The translations under genes and the position numbers were made by a program. The notes under the pieces are model-generated. The model was not told where the DNA came from. It saw only the letters and a program-made list of their open reading frames with translations, and searched no databases. Below are positions 34,564 to 46,086 of a stretch of DNA of 54,590 nt, one piece after another. Each line of letters begins with the position of its first letter. Within the stretch, counting starts at the first letter, position 1. The DNA comes from Octopus bimaculoides (taxonomy: Eukaryota): positions 75,468,042-75,522,631 of the forward strand of contig NC_068986.1 in assembly GCF_001194135.2 (NCBI RefSeq), given 5' to 3'.

Positions 34564-35538
34564 NNNNNNNNNNNNNNNNNNNNNNNNNNNNNNNNNNNNN
34601 NNNNNNNNNNNNNNNNNNNNNNNNNNNNNNNNNNNNNNNNNNNNNNNNNNNNNNNNNNNNNNNNNNNNNNNNNNNNNNNNNNNNNNNNNNNNNNNNNNNN
34701 NNNNNNNNNNNNNNNNNNNNNNNNNNNNNNNNNNNNNNNNNNNNNNNNNNNNNNNNNNNNNNNNNNNNNNNNNNNNNNNNNNNNNNNNNNNNNNNNNNNN
34801 NNNNNNNNNNNNNNNNNNNNNNNNNNNNNNNNNNNNNNNNNNNNNNNNNNNNNNNNNNNNNNNNNNNNNNNNNNNNNNNNNNNNNNNNNNNNNNNNNNNN
34901 NNNNNNNNNNNNNNNNNNNNNNNNNNNNNNNNNNNNNNNNNNNNNNNNNNNNNNNNNNNNNNNNNNNNNNNNNNNNNNNNNNNNNNNNNNNNNNNNNNNN
35001 NNNNNNNNNNNNNNNNNNNNNNNNNNNNNNNNNNNNNNNNNNNNNNNNNNNNNNNNNNNNNNNNNNNNNNNNNNNNNNNNNNNNNNNNNNNNNNNNNNNN
35101 NNNNNNNNNNNNNNNNNNNNNNNNNNNNNNNNNNNNNNNNNNNNNNNNNNNNNNNNNNNNNNNNNNNNNNNNNNNNNNNNNNNNNNNNNNNNNNNNNNNN
35201 NNNNNNNNNNNNNNNNNNNNNNNNNNNNNNNNNNNNNNNNNNNNNNNNNNNNNNNNNNNNNNNNNNNNNNNNNNNNNNNNNNNNNNNNNNNNNNNNNNNN
35301 NNNNNNNNNNNNNNNNNNNNNNNNNNNNNNNNNNNNNNNNNNNNNNNNNNNNNNNNNNNNNNNNNNNNNNNNNNNNNNNNNNNNNNNNNNNNNNNNNNNN
35401 NNNNNNNNNNNNNNNNNNNNNNNNNNNNNNNNNNNNNNNNNNNNNNNNNNNNNNNNNNNNNNNNNNNNNNNNNNNNNNNNNNNNNNNNNNNNNNNNNNNN
35501 NNNNNNNNNNNNNNNNNNNNNNNNNNNNNNNNNNNNNN

Positions 35539-35760
35539 AAGAAGAAGAAGAAGAAGAAGAAGAAGAAGAAGAAGAAGAAGAAGAAGAAGAAGAAGAAGAA
35601 GAAGATGAAGAAGAAGAAGAAGAAGAAGAAGAAGAAGAAGAAGAAGAAGAAGAAGAAGAAGAAGAAGAAGAAGAAGAGCAACAACTACAACAACAGCTAC
35701 AACAACATCAGCAACAGCAGCAACAGCAGCAACAGCTACAGCAACAAGAAGTGCAGGAAC
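35539..35760. repeat. (GAA)n followed by (CAA/CAG)n microsatellite
   Basis: Read directly; it explains the poly-E/K/F/Q ORFs. Confidence 0.9.
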
Positions 35761-35966
35761 ACCAGCCGGAATGATAATCGTAATAACGCTACATGAAATA
35801 TTTAACGTTTTTGAAGTGCTGTAGGAAATAGGAATAATTCTTAATTTCGTGGAAATAAAATATAAAAAAAAAAGGGATTTCGCAACAAAGGAGCAATGGT
35901 AATAACACGAAAGGAAGAAACTAAAAAGAAAGAGAGAGAAAGGGAAAAGGAAAAAGAAATAGAGAG

Positions 35967-35998
<32 letters not shown>

Positions 35999-36335
35999 GC
36001 AAAACGGGAAAAATATAGTAAAAAACAACAACAACGAATGGAATTGACGAGAAAGATAAACTATGAAATAAGAGCAAAGTTATTGTCTATGAGATCATTG
36101 CAACAAGTCACATGATCTGCGAGAAAAGAATAGCATCATGAAGAAATTCACATGTTTCTGTCTGTTAATTCTTAGTCAGATCGGCGTCAAGAAATCTTGG
36201 CTTTATTCAATATTCACAACCAACTTTCAACCGTTGATATTTCCATTCCTAAATTATACTGCCATTTCTTACGACTGAATCCTGTTCACGATTAAAAGAA
36301 ATGCTATCTAAGAATTTGGGTTTGTTTTTCTTCCG

Positions 36336-36366
<31 letters not shown>

Positions 36367-36739
36367 TTTCTTTCTTTCTTTCTTTCTTTCTTTTTCTTAC
36401 TGCAGTCTTCCTAGTTTTGATTACAGGATCATCTTTGAAGGATTTAATTCTCAAGAGTGTAAGAATCTCTAAAGTCTTTGGCAGTTAAATGTCATACATA
36501 CTTTATCATGATCCAAGCTCTCGCAACCTCCTTATTCTCTCTAGTTAAGTAAATACTAGAATATACGCCCAGAGATGAATACTGACGGGCCAAAAAGCGT
36601 CTTCAGCTCGACCCTGGTCATTGAGGGTCTTAGACAAATCCTAAACTTAACCAATGCAGGAAAATTGCTTTCATCAACGCATTGGTTTATTTGATATAAT
36701 TGGATTCGCAGGAATAACTGTTGCAAATTTTGGCGCATG

Positions 36740-36935
36740 GCCTGAGATTTTAGGGGATTGGTTAGTCGGCTACATTGACCCTAGTACTTGACTGGTACAT
36801 TATAATTTTGACCCCGAAGTGATGAAAGGCAAAGATGATCGTCGCAGTATTTGAACTAAAAATGTAAAGAACAAGAAGAAATTTCACTAAACATTTTGTT
36901 CGACGCGCTAATAACTCTGCTTACTCACTGCCTTT
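36740..36935 (-). mobile_element. SINE family A, old degenerate copy
   Basis: Reverse complement of gcctttcatcacttcggggtca and of the head ggcagtgagtaagcagagttattagcgcgtc. Confidence 0.65.
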
Positions 36936-37191
36936 GGGTCGATTGAAATAATACTGCAGATTTCATGTCATTTATCTAGCAACTATCTTTCTCTGTGTCT
37001 CTCTCTTTCTCTTTCAACCTCCCTATGTCCCCTCACTCTATGTCCTCCCCCCTCTTCTTTTTCCCTTCCTCACTCTCTCGATCTCCCTCTGTCCACTGTA
37101 TTTTTCTGTATGCCTTCTCTCTCTCCCTCTCTTTCCTCTCCCGCTTTTCTTCTCTCCATCACCATTCCTCTCCTTCCAATTGCTGCCACCT

Positions 37192-37232
<41 letters not shown>

Positions 37233-37613
37233 TCTGTCTCTTTTCAAGTTCTACTCAGTAGAATTTATATTCCACGACGTCAGTCAATAACCCACTTATA
37301 CAGTTACGGGTATTCGCACTATTCACAGCGATAACTTTTATCAAACACCTTGTACGTTTTATAGCCATTGGAAATTATGAGGAAAAGTTTCAATGTTTTG
37401 ATCACAAGTACAACATCAGTGAAAGATTCAATAGTGGGGGACATTCAACAATACGAAATTGATAATTGATTCTCCCTGTTCGGTCAGGTGGGATTTAACT
37501 CAAAGAAATGAACAGCCACCAATAGAAATCTATGAAGGACTAAAAGCGATAATCGATTTGGTAAGGAGTCGCTATATGAGCTCTAAGCCAACGAGAAGAT
37601 CCCAGCAGTCACT

Positions 37614-38001
37614 GTTGTTGTTGGCACTCCGTCACTTACGACGACGAGGGTTCCAGTTGATCCGATCAACGGAACAGCCTGCTCGTGAAATTAACGTGCA
37701 AGTGGCTGAGCACTCCACTGACACGTGTACCCTTAACGTAGTTCTCGGGGGATATTCAGCGTGACACAGTGTGACAAAGTTGACCCTTTGAATTATAGGC
37801 ACAACAGAAACAGGAAGTAAGAATGAGAGAAAGTTGTGGTGAAAGAGTACTGCAGGGTTCGCCACCATCCCCTGCCGGAGCCTCGTGAAGCTTTAGGTGT
37901 TTTCGCTCAATAAACACTCACAACGCCCGGTCTGAGAATCGAAACCACGATCCTATGACCGCGAGTCCGCTGCCCTAACCACTGGGCCATTGCGCCTCCA
38001 C
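37614..38001 (-). mobile_element. SINE family C, full length (388 bp) with 13-bp TSD
   Basis: tRNA head tggaggcgcaatggcccagtggttagggcagcgg...ggtttcgattctc and a (CAA)n tail. TSD cccagcagtcact at 37601-37613 and 38002-38014. Confidence 0.95.
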
Positions 38002-38864
38002 CCCAGCAGTCACTAAACGGTCTAGAAATATCAGTCATATCTCTCTCAAATCATGTGATAGTATAAGAAAAGAAGACACAGTGGATAATGTAGTCCTAGA
38101 TAAACGATATATGAATAAAAGATGGGATGATCACAGTTGGTACCTTTGACCATTGGTGTACTTGAGAGAAAGGTGACCAAGGGCCAAACAACAGTGATTG
38201 GTAACAGAATGTATATTCAAAGAGCTTCAACGATTCACTGTGTAACAAAATTTTAATTAAAAAAAAATTTTTTTGTCTTTGGTTCGTAAATGTTATTTCC
38301 TATTTGCTTCTATCTAGAAATCAAAGGAAATGACTACTATTCCCTTCAAATTTTGTTTTTGTGACATGGACATCAATGTTTTGAAACTGACCTATTTTCC
38401 ATTACATTTCGGACAGATTTAGTACTGAGTTGCTGAAGCAGAAATATCGTTACAGCAAATATTCTGCTCAATACCACAGATTTGCTTGACTTATTTGTTT
38501 GACCTTAACCACTTGAGCATGTCCCTTAGTGGATAACAATATGTGCATCTCTGATCATGAGCAGGAGTAGTTGGGAAGCATCACAACCATGTGTTGAAAG
38601 GGTTTCTTTCAGGTTTGAATTAATGTACAACTTCTCCATTTCATTTTGGGCAATATTTTTGGTCATAAGGGGCTGTAATGTCTATCAGTAAGCAGGTGTT
38701 TTTTTCTTTCCCACCTTTCATTATTATGTCAGGGGAATTAGTTTTTATTTCTTTGTCCGTTTGAACAGACAATATCCCAGATGAATGTGGTCTGGTCACT
38801 GTCATGTATCTTGTTTGTCAAATGTTTGTACCATTTCTTGTTAGTTATTATTATTATTATTGTC

Positions 38865-38950
38865 GACGTTGCCCTTCATCCTTTCGGGGTCGATAAAATA
38901 AGTACCAGCTGAGAACTGGGGGTCGATGTAATCAACTAGTCCCCTCCCTC
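38865..38950 (+). mobile_element. SINE family A, 3' core fragment
   Basis: gcccttcatcctttcggggtcgataaaataagtaccagctgagaactgggggtcgatgtaatc. Confidence 0.8.
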
Positions 38951-39019
38951 AAAGGAAGACACTCGGCAAGAAATGGAAACAGAACAAAAAAGATGATAAT
39001 GAAAATAATTATAACAATA

Positions 39020-39460
39020 ATGATTATTATTATTACTATTATTATTATTATTATTATTATTATTACGTTTTCTTCATTGGCCACAAGGACGGAACACAAA
39101 ACACATAAGGATAATACAAAACAATTAACAATGAAATTAAACAATAAAATTCTTCAAAAGTGGGAGTTCGTCCCAGGATCAACCGAAGAATCTCACAGCT
39201 GGTGCCTCTCCTTCACAACCCCTCCGGTTCACAAGCTAATGTTCAAAGTAGTCTCATTCACACGGGCTATCTTCGCCACATTCACCAATCTTTCAACAAT
39301 ACTGGTGGGTGGGGGTGGCACAACTTCCTTCTTCACCCTCACCTTTCTTTTCAAGTAGAACCTGAAAAAGTCGATGCGGACTTGGCCGAAGATGAAAGTA
39401 TCTGTCTTCATCCTTTCAGTCTCGTCCACCACATTACTTCCTTCACCACAGCCACCAGAT
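39020..39460 (-). mobile_element. 3' end of a Tx1/L1-like LINE with (TAA)n tail
   Basis: VAVVKEVMWWTRLKG, then after a frameshift ...FFRFYLKRKVRVKKE...ERLVNVAKIARVN...*, then a T-rich 3' UTR and (taa)n. Clade assignment rests on the K..IW..R-like motif only. Confidence 0.55.
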
Positions 39461-39535
39461 AAGAAAATTGCCTTTACTTCCCGGCCAAAAGAAGGCGGCG
39501 GGCCAATTTTCACGATGGATTGGCCTAATAATAAT

Positions 39536-39681
39536 AATTGGTAAGTACCTTGCTTACCAACTACATGGTTCCGGTTTCAGCCCCACTGCGTGACACCTTG
39601 AGCAAGTATCTTCTTCTATAGCCTCGGGCTGACCAAAGCCTTGTGAGTGGATTTGGTAGATGGAAAATGAAAGAAGCCTGT

Positions 39682-39723
<42 letters not shown>

Positions 39724-39724
39724 N
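39536..39724 (+). mobile_element. SINE family B, 5' half
   Basis: ggttccggtttcagccccactgcgtgacaccttgagcaagtatcttc...aaagccttgtgagtggatttggtag followed by (ta)n. Confidence 0.85.
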
Positions 39725-39802
39725 NNNNNNNNNGTTTTTAAACTTTTAAATTTTCATATTCAAAAGAGACAGAGACTTCAAATTCGACATATCGATTTAT
39801 TC

Positions 39803-39888
39803 ACCACTCTATGTTAACATTTCTGTGCCAAACTTATCCAGTGACTGGTCCATTGGATTTACACGTTTGGCACTTCTTCAGGAGTGGT
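39803..39888 (-). ncRNA. Type I hammerhead ribozyme with palindromic stem III and branched stem II
   Basis: accactc-CTGAAGA-a-gtgccaaac...gtttggcac-a-GAA-ATGTTAACAT-A-gagtggt. Stem I is 7 bp, stem II 9 bp, stem III a 10-nt palindrome, and the cleavage triplet AUA. Confidence 0.8.
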
Positions 39889-40975
39889 TACCTTTCGAAC
39901 AAGACACGAAAAAATACATACATAACTATTATTAGGTCTTTAGGAAATCGTTAGCTTTCGTCTTTGTTATTATAGGGGAGATAACTCCTTAATTTTCTAT
40001 TTTTATTGCTCTCCTGTGGATTTCCACTAGATTAATTAATTATTTTGTTTATTTCTCTTTACTATACTATATTACCCGTATACATATGCATACATACACT
40101 TTACCCGTATACCTATCCATATATACATACACACACATACATATGTATACACNNNNNNNNNNNNNNNNNNNNNNNNNNNNNNNNNNNNNNNNNNNNNNNN
40201 NNNNNNNNNNNNNNNNNNNNNNNNNNNNNNNNNNNNNNNNNNNNNNNNNNNNNNNNNNNNNNNNNNNNNNNNNNNNNNNNNNNNNNNNNNNNNNNNNNNN
40301 NNNNNNNNNNNNNNNNNNNNNNNNNNNNNNNNNNNNNNNNNNNNNNNNNNNNNNNNNNNNNNNNNNNNNNNNNNNNNNNNNNNNNNNNNNNNNNNNNNNN
40401 NNNNNNNNNNNNNNNNNNNNNNNNNNNNNNNNNNNNNNNNNNNNNNNNNNNNNNNNNNNNNNNNNNNNNNNNNNNNNNNNNNNNNNNNNNNNNNNNNNNN
40501 NNNNNNNNNNNNNNNNNNNNNNNNNNNNNNNNNNNNNNNNNNNNNNNNNNNNNNNNNNNNNNNNNNNNNNNNNNNNNNNNNNNNNNNNNNNNNNNNNNNN
40601 NNNNNNNNNNNNNNNNNNNNNNNNNNNNNNNNNNNNNNNNNNNNNNNNNNNNNNNNNNNNNNNNNNNNNNNNNNNNNNNNNNNNNNNNNNNNNNNNNNNN
40701 NNNNNNNNNNNNNNNNNNNNNNNNNNNNNNNNNNNNNNNNNNNNNNNNNNNNNNNNNNNNNNNNNNNNNNNNNNNNNNNNNNNNNNNNNNNNNNNNNNNN
40801 NNNNNNNNNNNNNNNNNNNNNNNNNNNNNNNNNNNNNNNNNNNNNNNNNNNNNNNNNNNNNNNNNNNNNNNNNNNNNNNNNNNNNNNNNNNNNNNNNNNN
40901 NNNNNNNNNNNNNNNNNNNNNNNNNNNNNNNNNNNNNNNNNNNNNNNNNNNNNNNNNNNNNNNNNNNNNNNNNNA

Positions 40976-41277
40976 CACAGCCATCACTAAGACTCATATG
41001 CCCAACGAGATCGGACATAGGAATATTAAGCAAGAACATTATAAATAACTATCTACCCACAATAACCACTAAGTTAAAGTTAGAATTATGGTCTAGTACA
41101 GACCAAGTAATTAATTGGTTTAGATCAATTGAACATAAAGAAGAAACAAAATTTATCCAATTTAATATAGCTAACTTTTGTAGATCAATTAACCCAATAG
41201 TACTAAACAAGGCAATGTGGTTCTTCCATAAAAAAGCAGGCCTCACTAAAGAAGAATTTAAAGTTATAACAGTTTAA
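40976..41277 (+). mobile_element. Fragment of a second, divergent PLE reverse transcriptase
   Basis: RLICPTRSDIGILSK...LWSSTDQVINWF..I..K....FIQFNIANFCRSI resembles the PLE RT pattern RLINPAKSEIG..SK...QW.NT..VI.WF...FIQFDI..FYPSI. Confidence 0.7.
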
Positions 41278-41390
41278 AATAAGTGCTAGGCTTACAAAGA
41301 GTAAGTCCCGGGGTCGATTTGTTCGACTAAAGGCGGTGCTTCAGCATGGCCGCAGTCAATTGACTGAAACAAGTAAAATAATAAAAGAAC
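41278..41390 (+). mobile_element. SINE family B, 3' tail
   Basis: aataagtgctaggcttacaaagagtaagtcccggggtcgatttgttcgactaaaggcggtgcttcagcatggccgcag. Confidence 0.9.
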
Positions 41391-41902
41391 AGCCAGAGTC
41401 ATTATTATCATTATTATTGATATAGCTTTTTGTCGTAGTTATTGTTGTTGCTGCTGATGTTGTTGCAAATATTCTTGTTAGAGATATTGAACAACAGAAA
41501 TATTGAGGGACACTGCGGACGCCAGATGTCGCTGATGCTGTCCTGAAACTAGGTTAATTGTTCAAGATGGAATTACGAATATCACTGACATTTAAAATAA
41601 ATTAAAGAACAATGTGCGTTTGTGTGCCTGTATGTGTGTGTGTGTGTGTGTGTGTGGCTGTGGATTTGTATGTAAATATGTAGGTATGTATATACGCGCA
41701 CACACACACACACACACACACATACACATATATATATATATACACACATACACATACACAGTACTTATACGTTGACTCATCATTACATATTTTCAACATA
41801 TTTACAACTGACGCACATAAGCGTTTGAATGTAAAGAGAAATACATACATATATGCATTCATACGTACGTGCATACACGCACATATGCGTGCATCATATG
41901 TG

Positions 41903-41993
<91 letters not shown>

Positions 41994-42512
41994 AGAGTGA
42001 AAGGGGCGAGGTGGATTAGTAATAGAATTCAATAGAATCGGGGCACGTCAAAACGTAAGACGTCAGAAATGGCTAGGTACAATAATACAGGGTTCACAGT
42101 AAGGAAAAAGTAGAAGGTCAGTCTGATATAGAACCAGATATGTAGAGAATGGTGTTTTGAATATTTCGCTTGCGCTTGAGATCATGGAGCACCCACATTC
42201 CTGATCCTGCGACCTACCCATATTGACACTTGATATCTTGCCCTGGCTTGTCTCTGGATCATGTCAGTAGGGTGGAGAGGATCAGAGAGGTGTTGTGCAA
42301 GTCTTATTGGACCTAAAATTTGAGGTTGTACTTTCGCTAGCGAGGTGGCTTTCCAATGTCCGTTCGAGTAGGAGGTCGCCTCGGTAAGCCTGGAAGCCGA
42401 GGGCGCAAACTCAGGTGCAGTCCATCGCATCTGTAATAACCTCATGCATGAACATACTGACATTTTATGTGGTCAAGAGTCATCTTTTGTCTTCTTTGGT
42501 CACGAGTGGACA

Positions 42513-44420
42513 GCCATAATGTATGTATGTATGTATGTATGTATGTATGTACGTATGTATGTATGTATGTACGTATGTATGTATGTATGTGTGTATGTAT
42601 GTACGAACGTATGTACGTACGTATATTTTGTATGTATGTATATATGAGTTTCCTTTGAGTTCGAGTTAAGTTGTTTTGGGGAGAGTTCAAGCTAGTCGCT
42701 AAGAAAGCGACAAGACTTTTTGAGTTACGAAAGTTCCTGATGTTTGTAAATATGTGGTTGAGTTTGTGTGTTGGCTGAACTGCCGATGCATACACTCAAG
42801 AATTCGTCTCTATTCACATAAGAATCTCAGATGGGAATTTTTGGAATATCTTACAAATCTTCACTGCGCCAGTAACAGACTTAATTTGGAGAATCTGCGT
42901 CAGTTTCTTTCGCACTTTTTCCGTAAAACCGTGTATCTCTAGTTTTTTTTTTCTTTTTGTGCAAATTTGTTGGTACATAACCAAATGCATCTATGATGAT
43001 TGGTACAAATGAGAATCCATTAGTCAAGGTACAAGAGCTGTAAGTTCCACATTAATTCGGCATAAATGTTCTCTTTTTCCTGGACATTTGATTGTCCAGT
43101 CACATCGACTGGGCAGCTGACCTCTTCAACAGTGCATGACTTCTGTTCCCTGTCCCATAGAACAATATCAAGTCTGTTATATTTGCACCTAATTGATGTT
43201 TTTATTGGAGGTGTTCTACTAGCATTCCTTGTTTTGAAAGGTGTGAATGCCTACTGGTTCTGACATGCCTTCAGGGCAGTCCTTCCTACGAATAGCGTTG
43301 TAAATAGTCTTTGTCCGTCTCGTTTATTAGGTATTTAGTAGCTATCACCTGTTCCACGATAGCGAAGGTTTGTCTTTGTAGGTGGGGTGTAATGTTCCTA
43401 TTGCAGGTCCAGGAAAGGCTAGTCTTCCAGTTAATGCTGTTGTTGCCCTCTAGCCTACAGGATATGTTCTCATTCATTGATTTTTGCTGGTAAGATGCCT
43501 GCTTCTCCTCCAAGGTTCTGTTTAGGTAGGCTAGTATAGCCTCCTTTGTATCGCATAAGACAGTTGTATTTTCAGAGTACCTACACAATAGTTCTTCAAC
43601 TCTGAAGATTTTGTTGCTATCACTTTTGAGTAAGCATGGAATGTACTCATTTCTTTCTTTATTGTTCAGCAATTGTTGTCTGGATAATACAATACTACAT
43701 TCAAAGGCTGTTTAGACTGACTTTATACCTCTTCCACCATCACTTCGTCTCACATAAATCTTATCGGCATCACTGTTAATGTAGAGGTGCCAGTGGTGAT
43801 TAGTACCTTTCTGGTTTGATGTCCAGTTTACGCATCTCATCGAGTGTGCAGTTCAATATCCTAAATGTAGGAACTAGCACTGGTACTGCAAAAACACAGT
43901 GAGATATTGTCTTGTTAAATACAGACAGCTATGAGCCCCAAATTTTCCAGAGTCTACAGAAGTACGGTTTTATTATTCTGGCTTTAGTCACAACGCCAAT
44001 ATATGCAACATAGATAATCCGTTTATGTACATGTTTTCTGCCTGGTCGACAAACATTCCTCGGTTGACTATCATGTATGAGCATTTATCTTGCCCAAACC
44101 CCATTTCTATGTCTCGTGAGAATATTATGACTAGTTCTATCTCTTTATATTGGTCATATTAGCAGAATATAACTTTAGGTCATCAACAAAAATATGCGGG
44201 TAACATTCATTTTATTCTTTACTGCATATCCTAGCATGTAGCATTGGCATTTTGTCAACAGGGCTGACAAGGGATTCATTGCCAGTACATACAACATTAC
44301 AGATATGCCTGTTGATAGCTTAATTCTGTTTGTAATAGGTGTTGCTTTAGTAGTTGTCAGCAATCACTATGAGGACCATGTTGCAGTCAGTCTTTCGATA
44401 GCCTTCACTAGAGCAAATCG
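42513..44420 (-). mobile_element. 3' half of an R4/Dong-like RLE LINE (RT domains 4-7, RLE, 3' UTR, (TACA)n tail)
   Basis: ISVMLYVLAMNPLS...HIFVDDLKLYS...FSRDIEMGFGQDKC...FAVPVL...FAIVEQVIATKY...NRLDIVLWD...EVSCPVD...EKENIYAEL...LQLLY...FVPIII.AFGYVP...GAVKICKIF. Many stops and frameshifts. Confidence 0.85.
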
Positions 44421-44990
44421 TGGTTTTAGCAAGATGTAATGATTCTAACACAGATAAGTGAGGCACAAAGTCGAACACTTTGTATGTATGTACGTACGTG
44501 TGTGTGTATGTGTGTGTGTGTGTGTACGAGTGTTTGGTTACAGATATATGTGTGTCGAGCGCCGTTTGGCTCTAAAGCAGCATTGATCTTTGCGGGCCTA
44601 TAAGCAAAACTGTTCCAGCCTTGACTATATAGTCTCATTTTCTCAGTATATTTAGGACTAAATTATCCAGTATGTCTTTTTACTTTGAAGTCGTGGCTTA
44701 GCAGATCAAATATTTACGGAGATTATAGATTATAGATGAACATAAGTGGAACAGTAAACACGTGAATGGAAAATACTAGACCCGCGGCAGACAAACGCAC
44801 TTCACACGCGATCGTATAGAAAATGTAGAATTACATGCATGTGTAGTTTTTGTTTCTAGATTTTTTTTTTGTCTATCGCTTCAATTCTATTTATATATTT
44901 ATTTATTTATAATGTTTTGATAAACAGAAATCTTTCTAGAAAGAAATGAATGCTTTTTCTCTAAAATAAAAAAATATATATATATAAATA

Positions 44991-45543
44991 AGCGCGGGCG
45001 TGACCGTGTGGTGAAAAGCTTGTTTCCCAACCACATGGTTTGGGGTTCAGTCCCACTGCATGGCACTTTTGCCAAGTATTTTCTATTATAGTGTTGGGCC
45101 GACCAAAGCCATCTGAGTGGATTTGGAAGACGAAAACTGAAAGAAGCCTCTCATATATACATGTGGCTGTGTGGTAGGTAGCTTACTTACCAACCACATG
45201 GTTCCAGGTTAGTCCCACTGCGTGGCACATTCTGCAAGTGTCTTCTACTATAGCCTCGGGCCGACCAAGGCCTTGTGAGTGGATTTGGTAGACGGAAACT
45301 GGAAGAAGGCCGTCGTGTGTGTGCGTGTGTTTGTATATCTGTGTTTGCCCCACCACCACCACCATCGCTTGACAACCAATGTTGGTGTGTTTACGTCCCC
45401 GTAACTTAGCGGTTCGACAAAAGAAACCAATAAGATAAATACTAGGCTTACGAAGAATAAGTCCTAGGGTCGATTTGTTCGACTAAAGGCGGTTGCTCCA
45501 GCATGGCCGCAGTCAAATGACTGAAACAAAGAAAAAAACAAAA

Positions 45544-45545
<2 letters not shown>
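44991..45545 (+). mobile_element. Two adjacent family B SINEs (a 5' half, then a full-length copy)
   Basis: Heads at about 44991 and 45163; complete tail ggcggttgctccagcatggccgcagtcaaatgactgaaac at 45488-45530. Confidence 0.9.
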
Positions 45546-45580
<35 letters not shown>

Positions 45581-45997
45581 NNNNNNNNNNNNNNNNNNNN
45601 NNNNNNNNNNNNNNNNNNNNNNNNNNNNNNNNNNNNNNNNNNNNNNNNNNNNNNNNNNNNNNNNNNNNNNNNNNNNNNNNNNNNNNNNNNNNNNNNNNNN
45701 NNNNNNNNNNNNNNNNNNNNNNNNNNNNNNNNNNNNNNNNNNNNNNNNNNNNNNNNNNNNNNNNNNNNNNNNNNNNNNNNNNNNNNNNNNNNNNNNNNNN
45801 NNNNNNNNNNNNNNNNNNNNNNNNNNNNNNNNNNNNNNNNNNNNNNNNNNNNNNNNNNNNNNNNNNNNNNNNNNNNNNNNNNNNNNNNNNNNNNNNNNNN
45901 NNNNNNNNNNNNNNNNNNNNNNNNNNNNNNNNNNNNNNNNNNNNNNNNNNNNNNNNNNNNNNNNNNNNNNNNNNNNNNNNNNNNNNNNNNNNNNNNN
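45581..45997. other. Assembly gap (N run) lying between the two LINE halves
   Basis: N run read directly. It is one of 14 gaps, most of which begin or end in microsatellites. Confidence 1.
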
Positions 45998-46086
45998 ATA
46001 TATATAAGGTATATACATACATATATATATATACACACATACATACATACATACATACATACATACATACATACATACATAATGGC

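Noticed and set aside
35539-35774. Poly-E/poly-Q ORF end
   Set aside because: (GAA)n plus (CAA/CAG)n microsatellite beside a gap; equally readable as poly-K or poly-F.
42182-42463. 93-aa minus-strand ORF in a GC-richer island
   Set aside because: No recognisable domain or splice context. More likely a repeat remnant, which I cannot classify from this window.
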